Shown: piece after piece, positions 9,686 to 19,184 of the stretch
Position numbering within the stretch: the stretch's first letter is position 1
How the letters are laid out: each line of letters starts with the position of its first letter
Origin: Pseudomonadota bacterium
GTDB lineage: Bacteria; Campylobacterota; Campylobacteria; Campylobacterales; Sulfurimonadaceae
Length of the DNA stretch: 64,000 nt
Assembly: GCA_043797085.1 (NCBI GenBank)
Contig: JAZDQA010000007.1
Location: 84,603 to 148,602 of the forward strand
Direction of reading: 5' to 3'
Position numbers and translations under genes: made by a program
The notes under the pieces: model-generated
The model's input: the letters and a program-made list of their open reading frames with translations, nothing else
Database searches by the model: none
What the model was told of the DNA's origin: nothing

Positions 9686-9718
9686 TGTGATAGCATTGTG
9701 ACGTAATAGGATTATAAT
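9686..9718 (+). promoter_or_regulatory. Putative sqrD promoter: TATAAT with TGTGA direct repeats at the -35 position
   Basis: TGTGA at 9686 and 9697 (11-bp period), TATAAT at 9713-9718. Confidence 0.4.
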
Positions 9719-9757
9719 CGTCTTTTATGGAATTTGAGTAATAGGTAGGGAGAAAGT

Positions 9758-11227
9758 ATGGCAAGATTAGTTGTTTTAGGCGGCGGTGTCGCTGGACACA
9801 CAGCAGCAACATTCGCAGCAGATTGGCTTGGAAGTGATCATGAGGTAGTCGTGGTCACTCCAAATGCAAAATGGAATTGGATTCCTTCAAATATTTGGGT
9901 TGGCGTCGGTCAAATGTCTAAAGAAGAGGTCACTTTTGATCTTGATCCTGTTTACAAAAAAGCAGGGATTACGTATAAACAAGCCAAAGCAGTAAGTCTT
10001 AATCCTGAGGGAAATGCTTCTGGTGACAAACCTTTTGTTACGATCGAGTATACAGGTCAGGGTAAAGCGGGTAAAAGCGAAGAGGTAACATATGATTATC
10101 TCATCAATGCAACAGGACCAAAGCTAAACTTTGGAGCAACTCCTGGCTTGGGCGAGGGTTCATCATTGGGTGAGCACACTGTTTCAGTATGTACAGCAGA
10201 TCACGCAGAACATGCATCTCATGAACTTATGAAATGCATAGAAAAAATGAAAAAAGGGGAACATCAAAAATTCCTCATCGGTACGGGTCACGGTATGTGT
10301 ACATGTCAGGGTGCAGCGTTTGAATATATCTTCAACATTGAACATGAACTCAACAAAGCTGGCGTCCGAGATAAGGCTGAGATCAAATGGATCTCAAATG
10401 AATCATTTTTAGGTGACTTCGGTATGGGCGGATTGCACATGAAAGTGGGCGGTTACGTTGTCAGTTCACGTATCTTTACTGAGTCATTGTTTGCTGAGCG
10501 CGGTGTTGATTATATTACCGGTGCGCACGTGAACAAAGTTGAAAAAGGGAAAGTCACCTACGAACTTCTTGATGGTTCTATGGGTGAAGAGACATTTGAC
10601 TTTTCAATGCTGATTCCACCGTTTGCAGGGGTTGGTCTAAAAGCGTACAACAAAGCAGGGGATGACATTACCGATACGGTATTCGCTCCAAACGGCTTTA
10701 TGAAAGTCGATGCGAACTATACTCCTAAACCATACGAAGAGTGGAAAGCATCTGATTGGCCTCGTACCTATCAAAATCCTACCTATAAAAATCTTTTTGC
10801 AGCAGGAATTGCATTTGCACCTCCTCACATCATCTCTAAACCTGCAAAATCACCAAACGGTACAGTGATTAATCCAACTCCTCCACGTACAGGTATGCCA
10901 AGTGGTATTATCGGTAAAGCAGTGGCTCACAGTGTTTGTTCATTGATTAAAGATGGTGAAGGTGCTCATTTGCATGAAGCATCTATGGCAGAAATGGGTG
11001 CGGCATGTGTTGCATCAGCAGGTAAAGGTTGGTTAGACGGACAAGCGGCTGCAATGACTGTTTTCCCTGTTGTTCCTGACTTTGATAAATATCCGGGAAC
11101 GGGGCGCGATACCGATTATACCTTTGGTGAGATTGGTTTAGCAGGTCATTGGATTAAGCATATTCTTCACTATTTGTTTATGTACAAAGCGAAGCTAAAA
11201 CCGTTCTGGAAAGTAATTCCGGAATAA
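9758..11227 (+). CDS. sqrD: Sulfide:quinone oxidoreductase, SqrD (type IV)-like
   Basis: GGGVAGHT, WIPSNIWVGVG, NATGPKLNF, SVCT, TCQGAAFEY, PPRTGMPS, ACVAS and GEIGLAGHW motifs. Confidence 0.85.
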   Translation: MARLVVLGGGVAGHTAATFAADWLGSDHEVVVVTPNAKWNWIPSNIWVGVGQMSKEEVTFDLDPVYKKAGITYKQAKAVSLNPEGNASGDKPFVTIEYTGQGKAGKSEEVTYDYLINATGPKLNFGATPGLGEGSSLGEHTVSVCTADHAEHASHELMKCIEKMKKGEHQKFLIGTGHGMCTCQGAAFEYIFNIEHELNKAGVRDKAEIKWISNESFLGDFGMGGLHMKVGGYVVSSRIFTESLFAERGVDYITGAHVNKVEKGKVTYELLDGSMGEETFDFSMLIPPFAGVGLKAYNKAGDDITDTVFAPNGFMKVDANYTPKPYEEWKASDWPRTYQNPTYKNLFAAGIAFAPPHIISKPAKSPNGTVINPTPPRTGMPSGIIGKAVAHSVCSLIKDGEGAHLHEASMAEMGAACVASAGKGWLDGQAAAMTVFPVVPDFDKYPGTGRDTDYTFGEIGLAGHWIKHILHYLFMYKAKLKPFWKVIPE

Positions 11228-11262
11228 ACCATCTATATTTAAAAAATACTAAGGAAATAATT

Positions 11263-11430
11263 ATGGCAGTAAAACCTGAAGAATTTAATTTTGCAAAAAA
11301 TGATAAATTCAATAATGCAATGATCCCGGGAAAATTCGCTCGAGCTATGCGTACGTGCAAGATTTGGCAGTTTATCCGTTTTGTAATCATTAACCTCAAA
11401 ATGATTGTAGTTGTGAGTAAAAGTCACTAA
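11263..11430 (+). CDS. 55-aa small protein directly downstream of sqrD (not in ORF track)
   Basis: AAGGA RBS at 11251-11255; MAVKPEEFNFAKNDKFNNAMIPGKFARAMRTCKIWQFIRFVIINLKMIVVVSKSH then TAA; hairpins follow. Confidence 0.75.
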   Translation: MAVKPEEFNFAKNDKFNNAMIPGKFARAMRTCKIWQFIRFVIINLKMIVVVSKSH

Positions 11431-11447
11431 AACCTATTAATTTGAAC

Positions 11448-11492
11448 GCCAAAGGAATTGATCCTTTGGCTACGCTTGCCTCTTTTGAGGCA
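11448..11492 (+). terminator. Tandem hairpins after the sqrD operon
   Basis: GCCAAAGGA-ATTGA-TCCTTTGGC (11448-11470) and TGCCTC-TTTT-GAGGCA (11477-11492). Confidence 0.5.
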
Positions 11493-11513
11493 GATTTATT
11501 AAAGATCTTCATA

Positions 11514-12320
11514 ATGATTCAACCTCTTATTCAATACCCCAACCCTGCCATCCGATTAATATCGGCTAATGTCCGTTTCTTTAATGATGAACTCACTCAA
11601 TGGATCGCCGATATGCGTGATACCATGATAGCAAACGATTTGGATGCCCTTAGTGCGATTTTGATCGGTATCCAGCAAAGTATTATCGTTATTAAAGAAG
11701 GGGAGAATTATATTCCCTACATCAATGCCCGTTTTATCAAGCACTCTGATATTCAAACACAGACAGAACGAAGTATCTATTATCAGGGCATCAGTGTTGA
11801 TGTTGACCGCTATAATAAAGTAACGATTCTCTATGAAGATGAAAATGCCATTCCTTGTCATCGTGATTTAGAGGGTGATGAGGCACGTATGTTTCAACAG
11901 CATTTGGATTATTGTTTTGGAAGTACGTTTGTGGATCGCGTCGATCGTGAGATGAAACAGCGCATTCATGATCATCTTGAGTTTGGATTGGTAAAAGATG
12001 GCGGTTCATGTCCTACTGTTTTTTATCGAGACTACTTTAAACGAGGGGCACGATATCTTATAAGTGCACTTACTCTAACTTTAGCCGTTCCATTTTTTGC
12101 TTCAAGACAGATACAGGAGTGGACGTATTTAATGGATAAATATCTCATTGCAGGAGCTTTGCTTTTGATGATCGGATATTTTTTCTATGCACAGTATGAA
12201 TCACGGCAATATAAGCAGTGTACCAGTTGCCAAACAGGGAATATTATTGGTACACTTACTATTTTACTAGGGCAGTTGGCGATCGTTTCTCTAGGGGTGT
12301 TTCTTTGGGTTGCACCTTAA
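11514..12320 (+). CDS. Degenerate peptide-deformylase-like domain fused to a C-terminal membrane domain with CxxC
   Basis: MIQPLIQYPNP...DMRDTM...YINA...VDRYNKVTILYED follows the PDF pattern, but the catalytic motifs are replaced; three hydrophobic segments and CTSC follow. Confidence 0.7.
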   Translation: MIQPLIQYPNPAIRLISANVRFFNDELTQWIADMRDTMIANDLDALSAILIGIQQSIIVIKEGENYIPYINARFIKHSDIQTQTERSIYYQGISVDVDRYNKVTILYEDENAIPCHRDLEGDEARMFQQHLDYCFGSTFVDRVDREMKQRIHDHLEFGLVKDGGSCPTVFYRDYFKRGARYLISALTLTLAVPFFASRQIQEWTYLMDKYLIAGALLLMIGYFFYAQYESRQYKQCTSCQTGNIIGTLTILLGQLAIVSLGVFLWVAP

Positions 12321-12351
12321 TCGTAATTCAATAATATCGAGGCAGTGTTTT

Positions 12352-14274
12352 ATGGATTTTCCAAATTCTATCCACCTTTATCAGGCAAAAGAGAAACTTT
12401 TAAATGCGAAAGATAGCATTTTAAATGAGTGGATTTCACAACCGCAATGTGCCTTGATATTGGAGAAACATTCTATCGATTCAAAGTGGTTTCAAGCCTA
12501 TTATGCAAGTGCCGTTTTTGATTACTTCATGGGAGTTGTTTCAGGCGATATGGAGCTTGGACAATGTCCGGTTATGAAAGAGTTTATCGCGTATCTTAAA
12601 GATCAAGAGATTCGGGCCGATGAGCTTTTTACTTTATGCAGCTATTTTAAACGCTCGGTAATCAATGCGACTTATTTTTTAGATATCAATTCACAAAATT
12701 TATTTGAAGCTATCAGCTATCTTTTTGATATGAATTTTTCCGGTGTTTTGACTATTTATACAGATACGATTTACCAAAAAGAGCAAGAAGCTATCGAAGC
12801 CAACAAAGCCAAAGAGTATTTTCTTTCCAATATTTCCCATGAAATACGAACACCGCTAAATGCTATTTTAGGATTTGTTAATTTATTGCAAGCTGAAAAC
12901 TTAGGCGAGCGTATAGAAAAATATCTCGATATTATTGCCCAAAGTGGTGAAAATTTACTCCACATTATCAATGATATTCTTGACTTTAGCAAACTTCGAA
13001 GCGGTGAATTTGCTATTGATCCACATCCTTTTAATATCCATGATGAAATTAGCAATACTTTGGAACTTTTTATCCCCAGTGCAAATGTAAAGTCTATTTC
13101 AATCGTCTATTCTATTAATTCAGAAATTCCTCATTGTATACGTGCAGACTCTTTTAGAATTCAACAAATCCTTGGGAATCTTTTGAGCAATGCAATTAAG
13201 TTTAGTCCTTTGGGGTCTTCAATAGACGTGAGTGTTGATGTTAATCGCGCTGATTCTACTCTTGTAATTTGTGTACGCGATTATGGAGTTGGGATTGCTA
13301 TTGTGGATCAGGAACGCATTTTTGATCCTTTTTATCAAGCAGCAGAGGGGATGAAATTTGGTGGAGGCGGAAGCGGACTAGGGTTATCTATTTGTAAACA
13401 GCTTGCTGTTCAGATGGGTGGAGAAATTACATTAGAATCGAAAGTTGATTGGGGAACTCTTTTTGTGGTGACTCTCGCAGTAGAATTTCCTCCTGAAAAA
13501 TTTTGTGAGGTCAAATCTTTGCCAAGCAGTATCGTAAGGTTTGTTGGAAATGTTTTAGTTGCAGAGGACAATGAAGCCAATCAGGAATTGATTCGAGTTA
13601 CTTTAGAGCGCCATGGACTGCAAGTAACTGTAGTTCCAAATGGACAAGAAGCGTTTGAATATACTTGTAATAATCGATATGATTTAATTTTTATGGATGA
13701 ACAAATGCCCATTATGCACGGACATGAAGCAGTTGCTAAGATTCGTCAATATGAACAACAGCTTCAACTTCCTTCAACTGTGATTGTCGAACTTAGTGCA
13801 AATGTCCTTAAGGGTTCAAAAGAAAAAGCATTACAATGGGGGTACGATGCTTTTGTCGGTAAACCTTTCAGCAGTTGTGAGATAGATAATTTACTGGAGC
13901 GATACTTAGAAAAAAATGGAGTCAGCACTTGTGAATCTAAACAGGAAGAAGCCATTACAGAAGAGATGCGACGTCTTGAAAAAGTATTAATGCTCTCTCG
14001 TGAACAGATTATTCAGTTGTTGATGCTTTTTCATAAAAATATGGCAAAACTGCTGATTGAATTAAAAACAAATATTGAGAAACGAGATTTTGAAGAGATT
14101 GCACGCATTGCTCACATGATGAAGGGGTCAAGTGCTAATTTTAGATTTGAAGAATTTTCGCATCGAACAGCACTTTTGGAAGATAATGCGCTGCATAACA
14201 GAGAGTCATTTGATTTTGATGAGGCGTACCATGCTCTTGAATGTGAATATGGAAAACTTTATTCTTCGAGATAA
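12352..14274 (+). CDS. Soluble hybrid sensor histidine kinase (N-terminal sensor, HisKA, HATPase, REC, Hpt)
   Basis: FLSNISHEIRTPLNAI, NLLSNAIKF, GSGLGL, AEDNEAN...FMDEQMP, AHMMKGSS. Confidence 0.93.
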   Translation: MDFPNSIHLYQAKEKLLNAKDSILNEWISQPQCALILEKHSIDSKWFQAYYASAVFDYFMGVVSGDMELGQCPVMKEFIAYLKDQEIRADELFTLCSYFKRSVINATYFLDINSQNLFEAISYLFDMNFSGVLTIYTDTIYQKEQEAIEANKAKEYFLSNISHEIRTPLNAILGFVNLLQAENLGERIEKYLDIIAQSGENLLHIINDILDFSKLRSGEFAIDPHPFNIHDEISNTLELFIPSANVKSISIVYSINSEIPHCIRADSFRIQQILGNLLSNAIKFSPLGSSIDVSVDVNRADSTLVICVRDYGVGIAIVDQERIFDPFYQAAEGMKFGGGGSGLGLSICKQLAVQMGGEITLESKVDWGTLFVVTLAVEFPPEKFCEVKSLPSSIVRFVGNVLVAEDNEANQELIRVTLERHGLQVTVVPNGQEAFEYTCNNRYDLIFMDEQMPIMHGHEAVAKIRQYEQQLQLPSTVIVELSANVLKGSKEKALQWGYDAFVGKPFSSCEIDNLLERYLEKNGVSTCESKQEEAITEEMRRLEKVLMLSREQIIQLLMLFHKNMAKLLIELKTNIEKRDFEEIARIAHMMKGSSANFRFEEFSHRTALLEDNALHNRESFDFDEAYHALECEYGKLYSSR

Positions 14275-15008
14275 TAACCGATTCCCGACGCATTTTTGAT
14301 AACATCAGTGGGGAGCTTGTTGCGTAAGCGCCATACAAGAGTGCGAACGCTGTTGTCGCTGGCTCCTTCTTCCCCCCAAACGTAATCCGTTGCCTGTGAA
14401 AAATCGACAACACTTCCCAGCTGTGCAATCAAAAGATGAATAAAAGCATTCTCTTTTTTGGTGAGTTTTATTTTTTGATCTTTGTAAAATGTTTCTCCCA
14501 AAGAAATGTCATGGCGATAGCCCTCACCGAATTCAACGATAGGCTGTGTAGAGAGTTTTTTAGCATATAGAAGTTTTTCGAGGTGCTCTTTATCCGTTTT
14601 AAGAACATCAACATTCACAAGTCGTTTTTTCTCCTCTTCATAACGGTACAAAGCCATTTGAATGGTTGTGTGAAGATTGAGAGGATCAAACGGTTTCACA
14701 ATGTATCCAAAAGGTTCTGTTTGTTTGGCTTTTGTTAAAATTTCACTATCGGAATGGGCGGTTAAAAAGATAAAGGGGCGAGGCATTTTTTCACGAATAA
14801 AATTAGCCACTTCAATCCCGCCATCGTGTCGTTTGAGCCCTATGTCGATCAGTACAATATCAGGATTATAAATTTTAATCTTATTTTGAGCACTTGTCTC
14901 TTCATTGGCTAAGGAAAGAACTTCGTAGCCAAATTTTTCAAGTGACATTTTGAGATTAAGCGCAGTTACTTCATCATCTTCAATAATAAGAACTTTAGTA
15001 GTAGACAT
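14259..15008 (-). CDS. Response regulator with C-terminal winged-helix DNA-binding domain
   Basis: IIEDD, LIDIGL, KPF receiver motifs; LTKKE...RTLVWRLRNKL...GIGY output domain. Confidence 0.9.
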   Translation of the reverse strand: MSTTKVLIIEDDEVTALNLKMSLEKFGYEVLSLANEETSAQNKIKIYNPDIVLIDIGLKRHDGGIEVANFIREKMPRPFIFLTAHSDSEILTKAKQTEPFGYIVKPFDPLNLHTTIQMALYRYEEEKKRLVNVDVLKTDKEHLEKLLYAKKLSTQPIVEFGEGYRHDISLGETFYKDQKIKLTKKENAFIHLLIAQLGSVVDFSQATDYVWGEEGASDNSVRTLVWRLRNKLPTDVIKNASGIGYYLEE

Positions 15009-15217
15009 TGGGTGCTTCTTGATATTTTTTTGACTATTTTATCACATTTTTTTGAATTAAATCCGAAATTATTACAAAATGATGTAAATTTGCTTAATAT
15101 TTACGTCATACAGGGCAATATAGGGACTTTTAGTTCCTTGGTAATATTGCTATTTTAGGGGAGTTTCAATCCAAAAGAGTATAATCGCGACATTAAACCC
15201 TTGAATGGATGCTCATA

Positions 15218-16585
15218 ATGCTTGATTTTGATAAATTTACTCGATACTCCAAGCCGGGACCTCGATATACGAGCTACCCAACCGCACTCGAATTCAATGA
15301 TACGTTTGGTTACAATGAGTATCTTGATAAGCTTCATTCACAAGATCCTATGCGCCCCTTGTCGCTTTATTTTCATCTTCCATTTTGTAAAAATGCCTGT
15401 TATTTTTGTGGCTGTAATGTTGTTTTTACTTCCAAAGAAGAGAAAAAAGAGCGCTATATTGACTATCTCACGCGAGAACTTCAAATACTTAGTAAGCACA
15501 TTGATGTTAACCGAAGTGTCATTCAGCTCCATTTTGGCGGCGGTACACCAACATTTTTTGATGCCAAACAGCTTGAACAGATTATTGCAACGATTAAAAG
15601 CACGTTTAAAAACTTTGCAGAGGGTGCTGAAATCAGTTGTGAGATTGATCCAAGACACATTGATGATGCGCAGATGAAAGTGATGAGTGATGCAGGATTT
15701 AATCGTGTGAGTTTTGGGATTCAAGATTTTGATGAAAAGGTACAAGTGGCGGTACACCGTGTTCAGCCGTATGATATTACCAAAGCAGCAATGGAGTTGG
15801 CGCGTAAATACAATATGGTGAGTGTCAACGTCGATCTCATTTACGGCTTGCCGTATCAAAGTTTAGAGACCTTTAAAAAGACCCTTGATTTGGCAATTTC
15901 TCTTGATCCGGATCGTTTTGCCGTCTTTAACTATGCCCATGTTCCGTGGCTCAAAAAAACTATGCGTAAAATCGATGAGACAACCTTGCCTCATCCAGCA
16001 GAAAAGCTTGCCATCATGCGCTATACGATTGATTATATGACTGCCAAGGGATATCGTTTGATCGGTATGGATCACTTCGCTAAACCTGCTGATGAGCTCT
16101 TTAAGGCGATCGAGAAAGGGGAATTACACCGTAATTTCCAAGGCTACACGACCAAGGGCGGAGCTGATTTGATTGGTGTGGGTTTAACCAGTATCGGTGA
16201 GGGGACGGATTATTACGCTCAAAATTTCAAAGAGATGGAATTATACGAAGAGGCGATTGATGAGGGAAAACTTCCTTATGAGCGCGGTGTGTCGCTTCAT
16301 GCAGATGATCAAATTCGTCAATACGTTATTATGGAGTTGATGAGTAATTTTAAACTGGATATTAAACGTTTCGAGATGTTGTATAAAGTCGTATTTGCTG
16401 AGTATTTTGCCGATGCGATTGAAGCATTGAAGCCATTTGAAGCGGATGACCTACTCACCATTACGACAACTTCGATTGAATGCTCACCGACAGGAACTTT
16501 ACTCATCCGAAATATTGCAATGCCGTTTGATGCCTACATGAAGCGTCATGCCAGCAGCGATAAAGCGTTTAGTAAGACGGTATAA
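15218..16585 (+). CDS. hemN: Oxygen-independent coproporphyrinogen III oxidase
   Basis: GPRYTSYPTA, HLPFCKNACYFCGC radical SAM motif, HRNFQGY. Confidence 0.96.
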   Translation: MLDFDKFTRYSKPGPRYTSYPTALEFNDTFGYNEYLDKLHSQDPMRPLSLYFHLPFCKNACYFCGCNVVFTSKEEKKERYIDYLTRELQILSKHIDVNRSVIQLHFGGGTPTFFDAKQLEQIIATIKSTFKNFAEGAEISCEIDPRHIDDAQMKVMSDAGFNRVSFGIQDFDEKVQVAVHRVQPYDITKAAMELARKYNMVSVNVDLIYGLPYQSLETFKKTLDLAISLDPDRFAVFNYAHVPWLKKTMRKIDETTLPHPAEKLAIMRYTIDYMTAKGYRLIGMDHFAKPADELFKAIEKGELHRNFQGYTTKGGADLIGVGLTSIGEGTDYYAQNFKEMELYEEAIDEGKLPYERGVSLHADDQIRQYVIMELMSNFKLDIKRFEMLYKVVFAEYFADAIEALKPFEADDLLTITTTSIECSPTGTLLIRNIAMPFDAYMKRHASSDKAFSKTV

Positions 16586-16587
16586 GG

Positions 16588-17859
16588 ATGCGTGAACTTT
16601 TTAATTTTACGGAAACATCGGATGCATGTATTAAATGCGGGAAGTGTATTCCCGTCTGTACAATTCACAATGTCAATGCCGACGAAGTAACGTCTCCTCG
16701 CGGATTTATCGATTTACTTGGTGCTTATCAGCGCGGGCAATTGGAACTTGACTTGAATGCCAAAGCGATCTTTGAGAGTTGCTTTTTGTGTACAAACTGT
16801 ACCGATGTTTGCCCAAAAGCGCTTCCTACGGATATGGTGATTGAGCAAGTACGTGCGGATATCGCCGATAAATACGGGATTGCATGGTTTAAACGGGCAT
16901 TTTTCTTTCTCTTGCGCCACCGAACAACCATGGATATTCTCTTTAAGCTCGGATACGTATTCCAGACGTGCGGATTTAAGATCAAGGCAGAGCTAAATTC
17001 TATGCAGCCTCGATTTAATCTTCCCCTCATTAAAAAAGATCGTCTTTTGCCATCCATGGGAAAAACTTCTTTCCTGAACAGTTACCCCGAAAATATTTCC
17101 AATGGCGGCAAACGCCGTGTTGCAATCTTCATTGGGTGCTTGGCAAACTACAACTATACTGAAATAGGGAAGGGGCTTTTAGAGATTCTTGAAGCTCTTC
17201 ATATCGATGCTTTTATTCCGAAAAAACAGCTTTGCTGCGGGGCACCCGCCTATTTTACCGGTGATTTTGCAACGGTTGATCATAACGCCAAAAAGAACAT
17301 CGTTTATTTCGAGAGCTTTATCGATGAGGTTGAAGCGATTATCATTCCGGAAGCAACGTGCAGCGCGATGATTAAAATCGATTATGAACACTTTTTTCAC
17401 GATCAACCTGAGTGGCTGGAACGTGCCAAAAAGCTCAAAAATAAAATCTTTATGGCAACCGAGTGGCTTGAGCAAAAAACTGAGCTTAACGCACTTTTGG
17501 CATCAAAGGGGCGCAGTGATTCTGTAGTAACGTACCATGACCCGTGTCATGCGCGCAAAATGCAAGGGGTATACCAAGAACCACGCCGACTGGTAGCGCA
17601 AAATTACACCATCACCGAGATGAGTGATCCCAATGCCTGTTGTGGATTTGGCGGAGTGACCATGCAGACGGAAAATTTCCATTTTGCCCAAGCCGCAGGA
17701 CGTCCTAAAGCTGCCATGATTGCCAAAACCGGTGCCAAAATCGTCACCGCCGAGTGCAGTGCATGCCGTATGCAGATCAACAACTCGATGAATGAAGCAA
17801 ATGTGGATGTTGTTTTCAAAAATCCGATCGAATTGATTGCGGAAGCTTTACGAAAATGA
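16588..17859 (+). CDS. (Fe-S)-binding oxidoreductase, GlcF/GlpC-like
   Basis: Two ferredoxin motifs (CIKCGKCIPVC, CFLCTNCTDVC) and two CCG domains. Confidence 0.85.
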   Translation: MRELFNFTETSDACIKCGKCIPVCTIHNVNADEVTSPRGFIDLLGAYQRGQLELDLNAKAIFESCFLCTNCTDVCPKALPTDMVIEQVRADIADKYGIAWFKRAFFFLLRHRTTMDILFKLGYVFQTCGFKIKAELNSMQPRFNLPLIKKDRLLPSMGKTSFLNSYPENISNGGKRRVAIFIGCLANYNYTEIGKGLLEILEALHIDAFIPKKQLCCGAPAYFTGDFATVDHNAKKNIVYFESFIDEVEAIIIPEATCSAMIKIDYEHFFHDQPEWLERAKKLKNKIFMATEWLEQKTELNALLASKGRSDSVVTYHDPCHARKMQGVYQEPRRLVAQNYTITEMSDPNACCGFGGVTMQTENFHFAQAAGRPKAAMIAKTGAKIVTAECSACRMQINNSMNEANVDVVFKNPIELIAEALRK

Positions 17860-18344
17860 CAACACAGGAAGTTGAATCGTTTTTAGAAACCTTTCAAACC
17901 CTGATGATGGCGTCTCTGACTCCCGAAGGCGAGCCTCATGCGAGTACCGCCGCTTATGTACGAGTCGGAAATAATTTTTACATCCTCATAAGCACCGTTG
18001 CCCAACATGGGCGCAATTTGTTGGCATCAGGAAAAGTATCATTGCTTTTTACCGAAGATGAGTCGAAAACGCTACAGCCCTTTGCACGCAAACGGGTGAC
18101 GATTGAAGCATATGTCCATGAAGTTGTACGTGAAAATAGCGAATTTGTCTCATTGATCGAACGTTTTAAAGAAAAATTTGATCCAGAGTTAATCGGTTCT
18201 TTGTCCGAAATGGGAGATTTTCATCTTTTTAAACTCTCTCCTAAAAGCGGCAGTGTGGTGATGGGATTTGGTAGGGCGTATCGTTTGGATGAAAACCTTG
18301 AAGTGCTAACACATATCAGTGCTGTGCATCAGCATTCGAAATAA
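17856..18344 (+). CDS. HugZ/HutZ-like pyridoxamine 5'-phosphate oxidase family protein
   Basis: PHAS, HGRNL, FARKR, DFHLF and GFGRAY motifs. Confidence 0.8.
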   Translation: MTTQEVESFLETFQTLMMASLTPEGEPHASTAAYVRVGNNFYILISTVAQHGRNLLASGKVSLLFTEDESKTLQPFARKRVTIEAYVHEVVRENSEFVSLIERFKEKFDPELIGSLSEMGDFHLFKLSPKSGSVVMGFGRAYRLDENLEVLTHISAVHQHSK

Positions 18345-18359
18345 AGGAATGGGTTAATA

Positions 18360-19184
18360 ATGGAATACTGGAATCATATATACGAGCACTTTAACCCCGT
18401 AGCCTTTAGCATCTTTTCGATTCCTGTACACTGGTATGGATTGATGTATGTTCTTGCTCTTTTATCGGCACTGATGATTGCTAAATGGATTGTCAAAAAA
18501 GATAACATCGACATCACCAAAGATCAACTGGATGATTATTTCATTTATGCCGAAATTGGGGTTATTCTCGGGGCACGATTAGGGTATGTTCTTTTTTACG
18601 ACACCCATACGATGTACTATTTGACGCAGCCATGGCAGATTTTTAATCCATTTATTGACGGGCAGTTTGTCGGGATTCGGGGAATGAGTTTTCATGGGGC
18701 TATTGTCGGATTTTTAATTGGCTCGTATCTCTTTTTTCGTCGCAATGGAATCCCGTTCGGTCGGCTGATGGATTTAGTGGCGGTATCGGTTCCTCTTGGG
18801 TATGTATTCGGGCGGATCGGGAATTTCCTCAATCAAGAGCTAGTCGGACGTGCCACAGATGTGCCTTGGGGAATTTACGTGTATGATACGCTTCGTCACC
18901 CTTCACAGCTTTATGAAGCATTTATCGAAGGATTCGTTGTTTTTGCCATTATCTATCTTTATCGTAAGCGAAAAGCGTTTGAGGGTGAATTGATTCTGCT
19001 TTATGGTGTGGCGTATGGTTTAGGTCGCGCATTTGTAGAATTTTATCGTGCTCCTGATGCACAGATTGGCTACATTGTGGGAGAGTGGATGACACTGGGT
19101 ATGGCACTAAGTCTGGCAATGGCAATCGTTTCAGCCATTATTTGGATTATACTTCGTTCTCAAAACTCTATGCAAAAAGTGTGA
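18360..19184 (+). CDS. lgt: Prolipoprotein diacylglyceryl transferase
   Basis: [41 protein letters not shown]. Confidence 0.97.
   Translation: MEYWNHIYEHFNPVAFSIFSIPVHWYGLMYVLALLSALMIAKWIVKKDNIDITKDQLDDYFIYAEIGVILGARLGYVLFYDTHTMYYLTQPWQIFNPFIDGQFVGIRGMSFHGAIVGFLIGSYLFFRRNGIPFGRLMDLVAVSVPLGYVFGRIGNFLNQELVGRATDVPWGIYVYDTLRHPSQLYEAFIEGFVVFAIIYLYRKRKAFEGELILLYGVAYGLGRAFVEFYRAPDAQIGYIVGEWMTLGMALSLAMAIVSAIIWIILRSQNSMQKV

Noticed and set aside
9399..9757. Very AT-rich stretch as possible replication origin or ncRNA
   Set aside because: No DnaA-box array or stable structure seen; explained as a divergent promoter region
11178..11427. Two minus-strand ORFs downstream of sqrD
   Set aside because: The plus-strand 55-aa ORF has a clear RBS and operon position; these are its antisense shadows
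11442..11513. TTG-initiated N-terminal extension of the deformylase-like ORF
   Set aside because: Runs through two hairpins; the PDF-like sequence begins at ATG 11514
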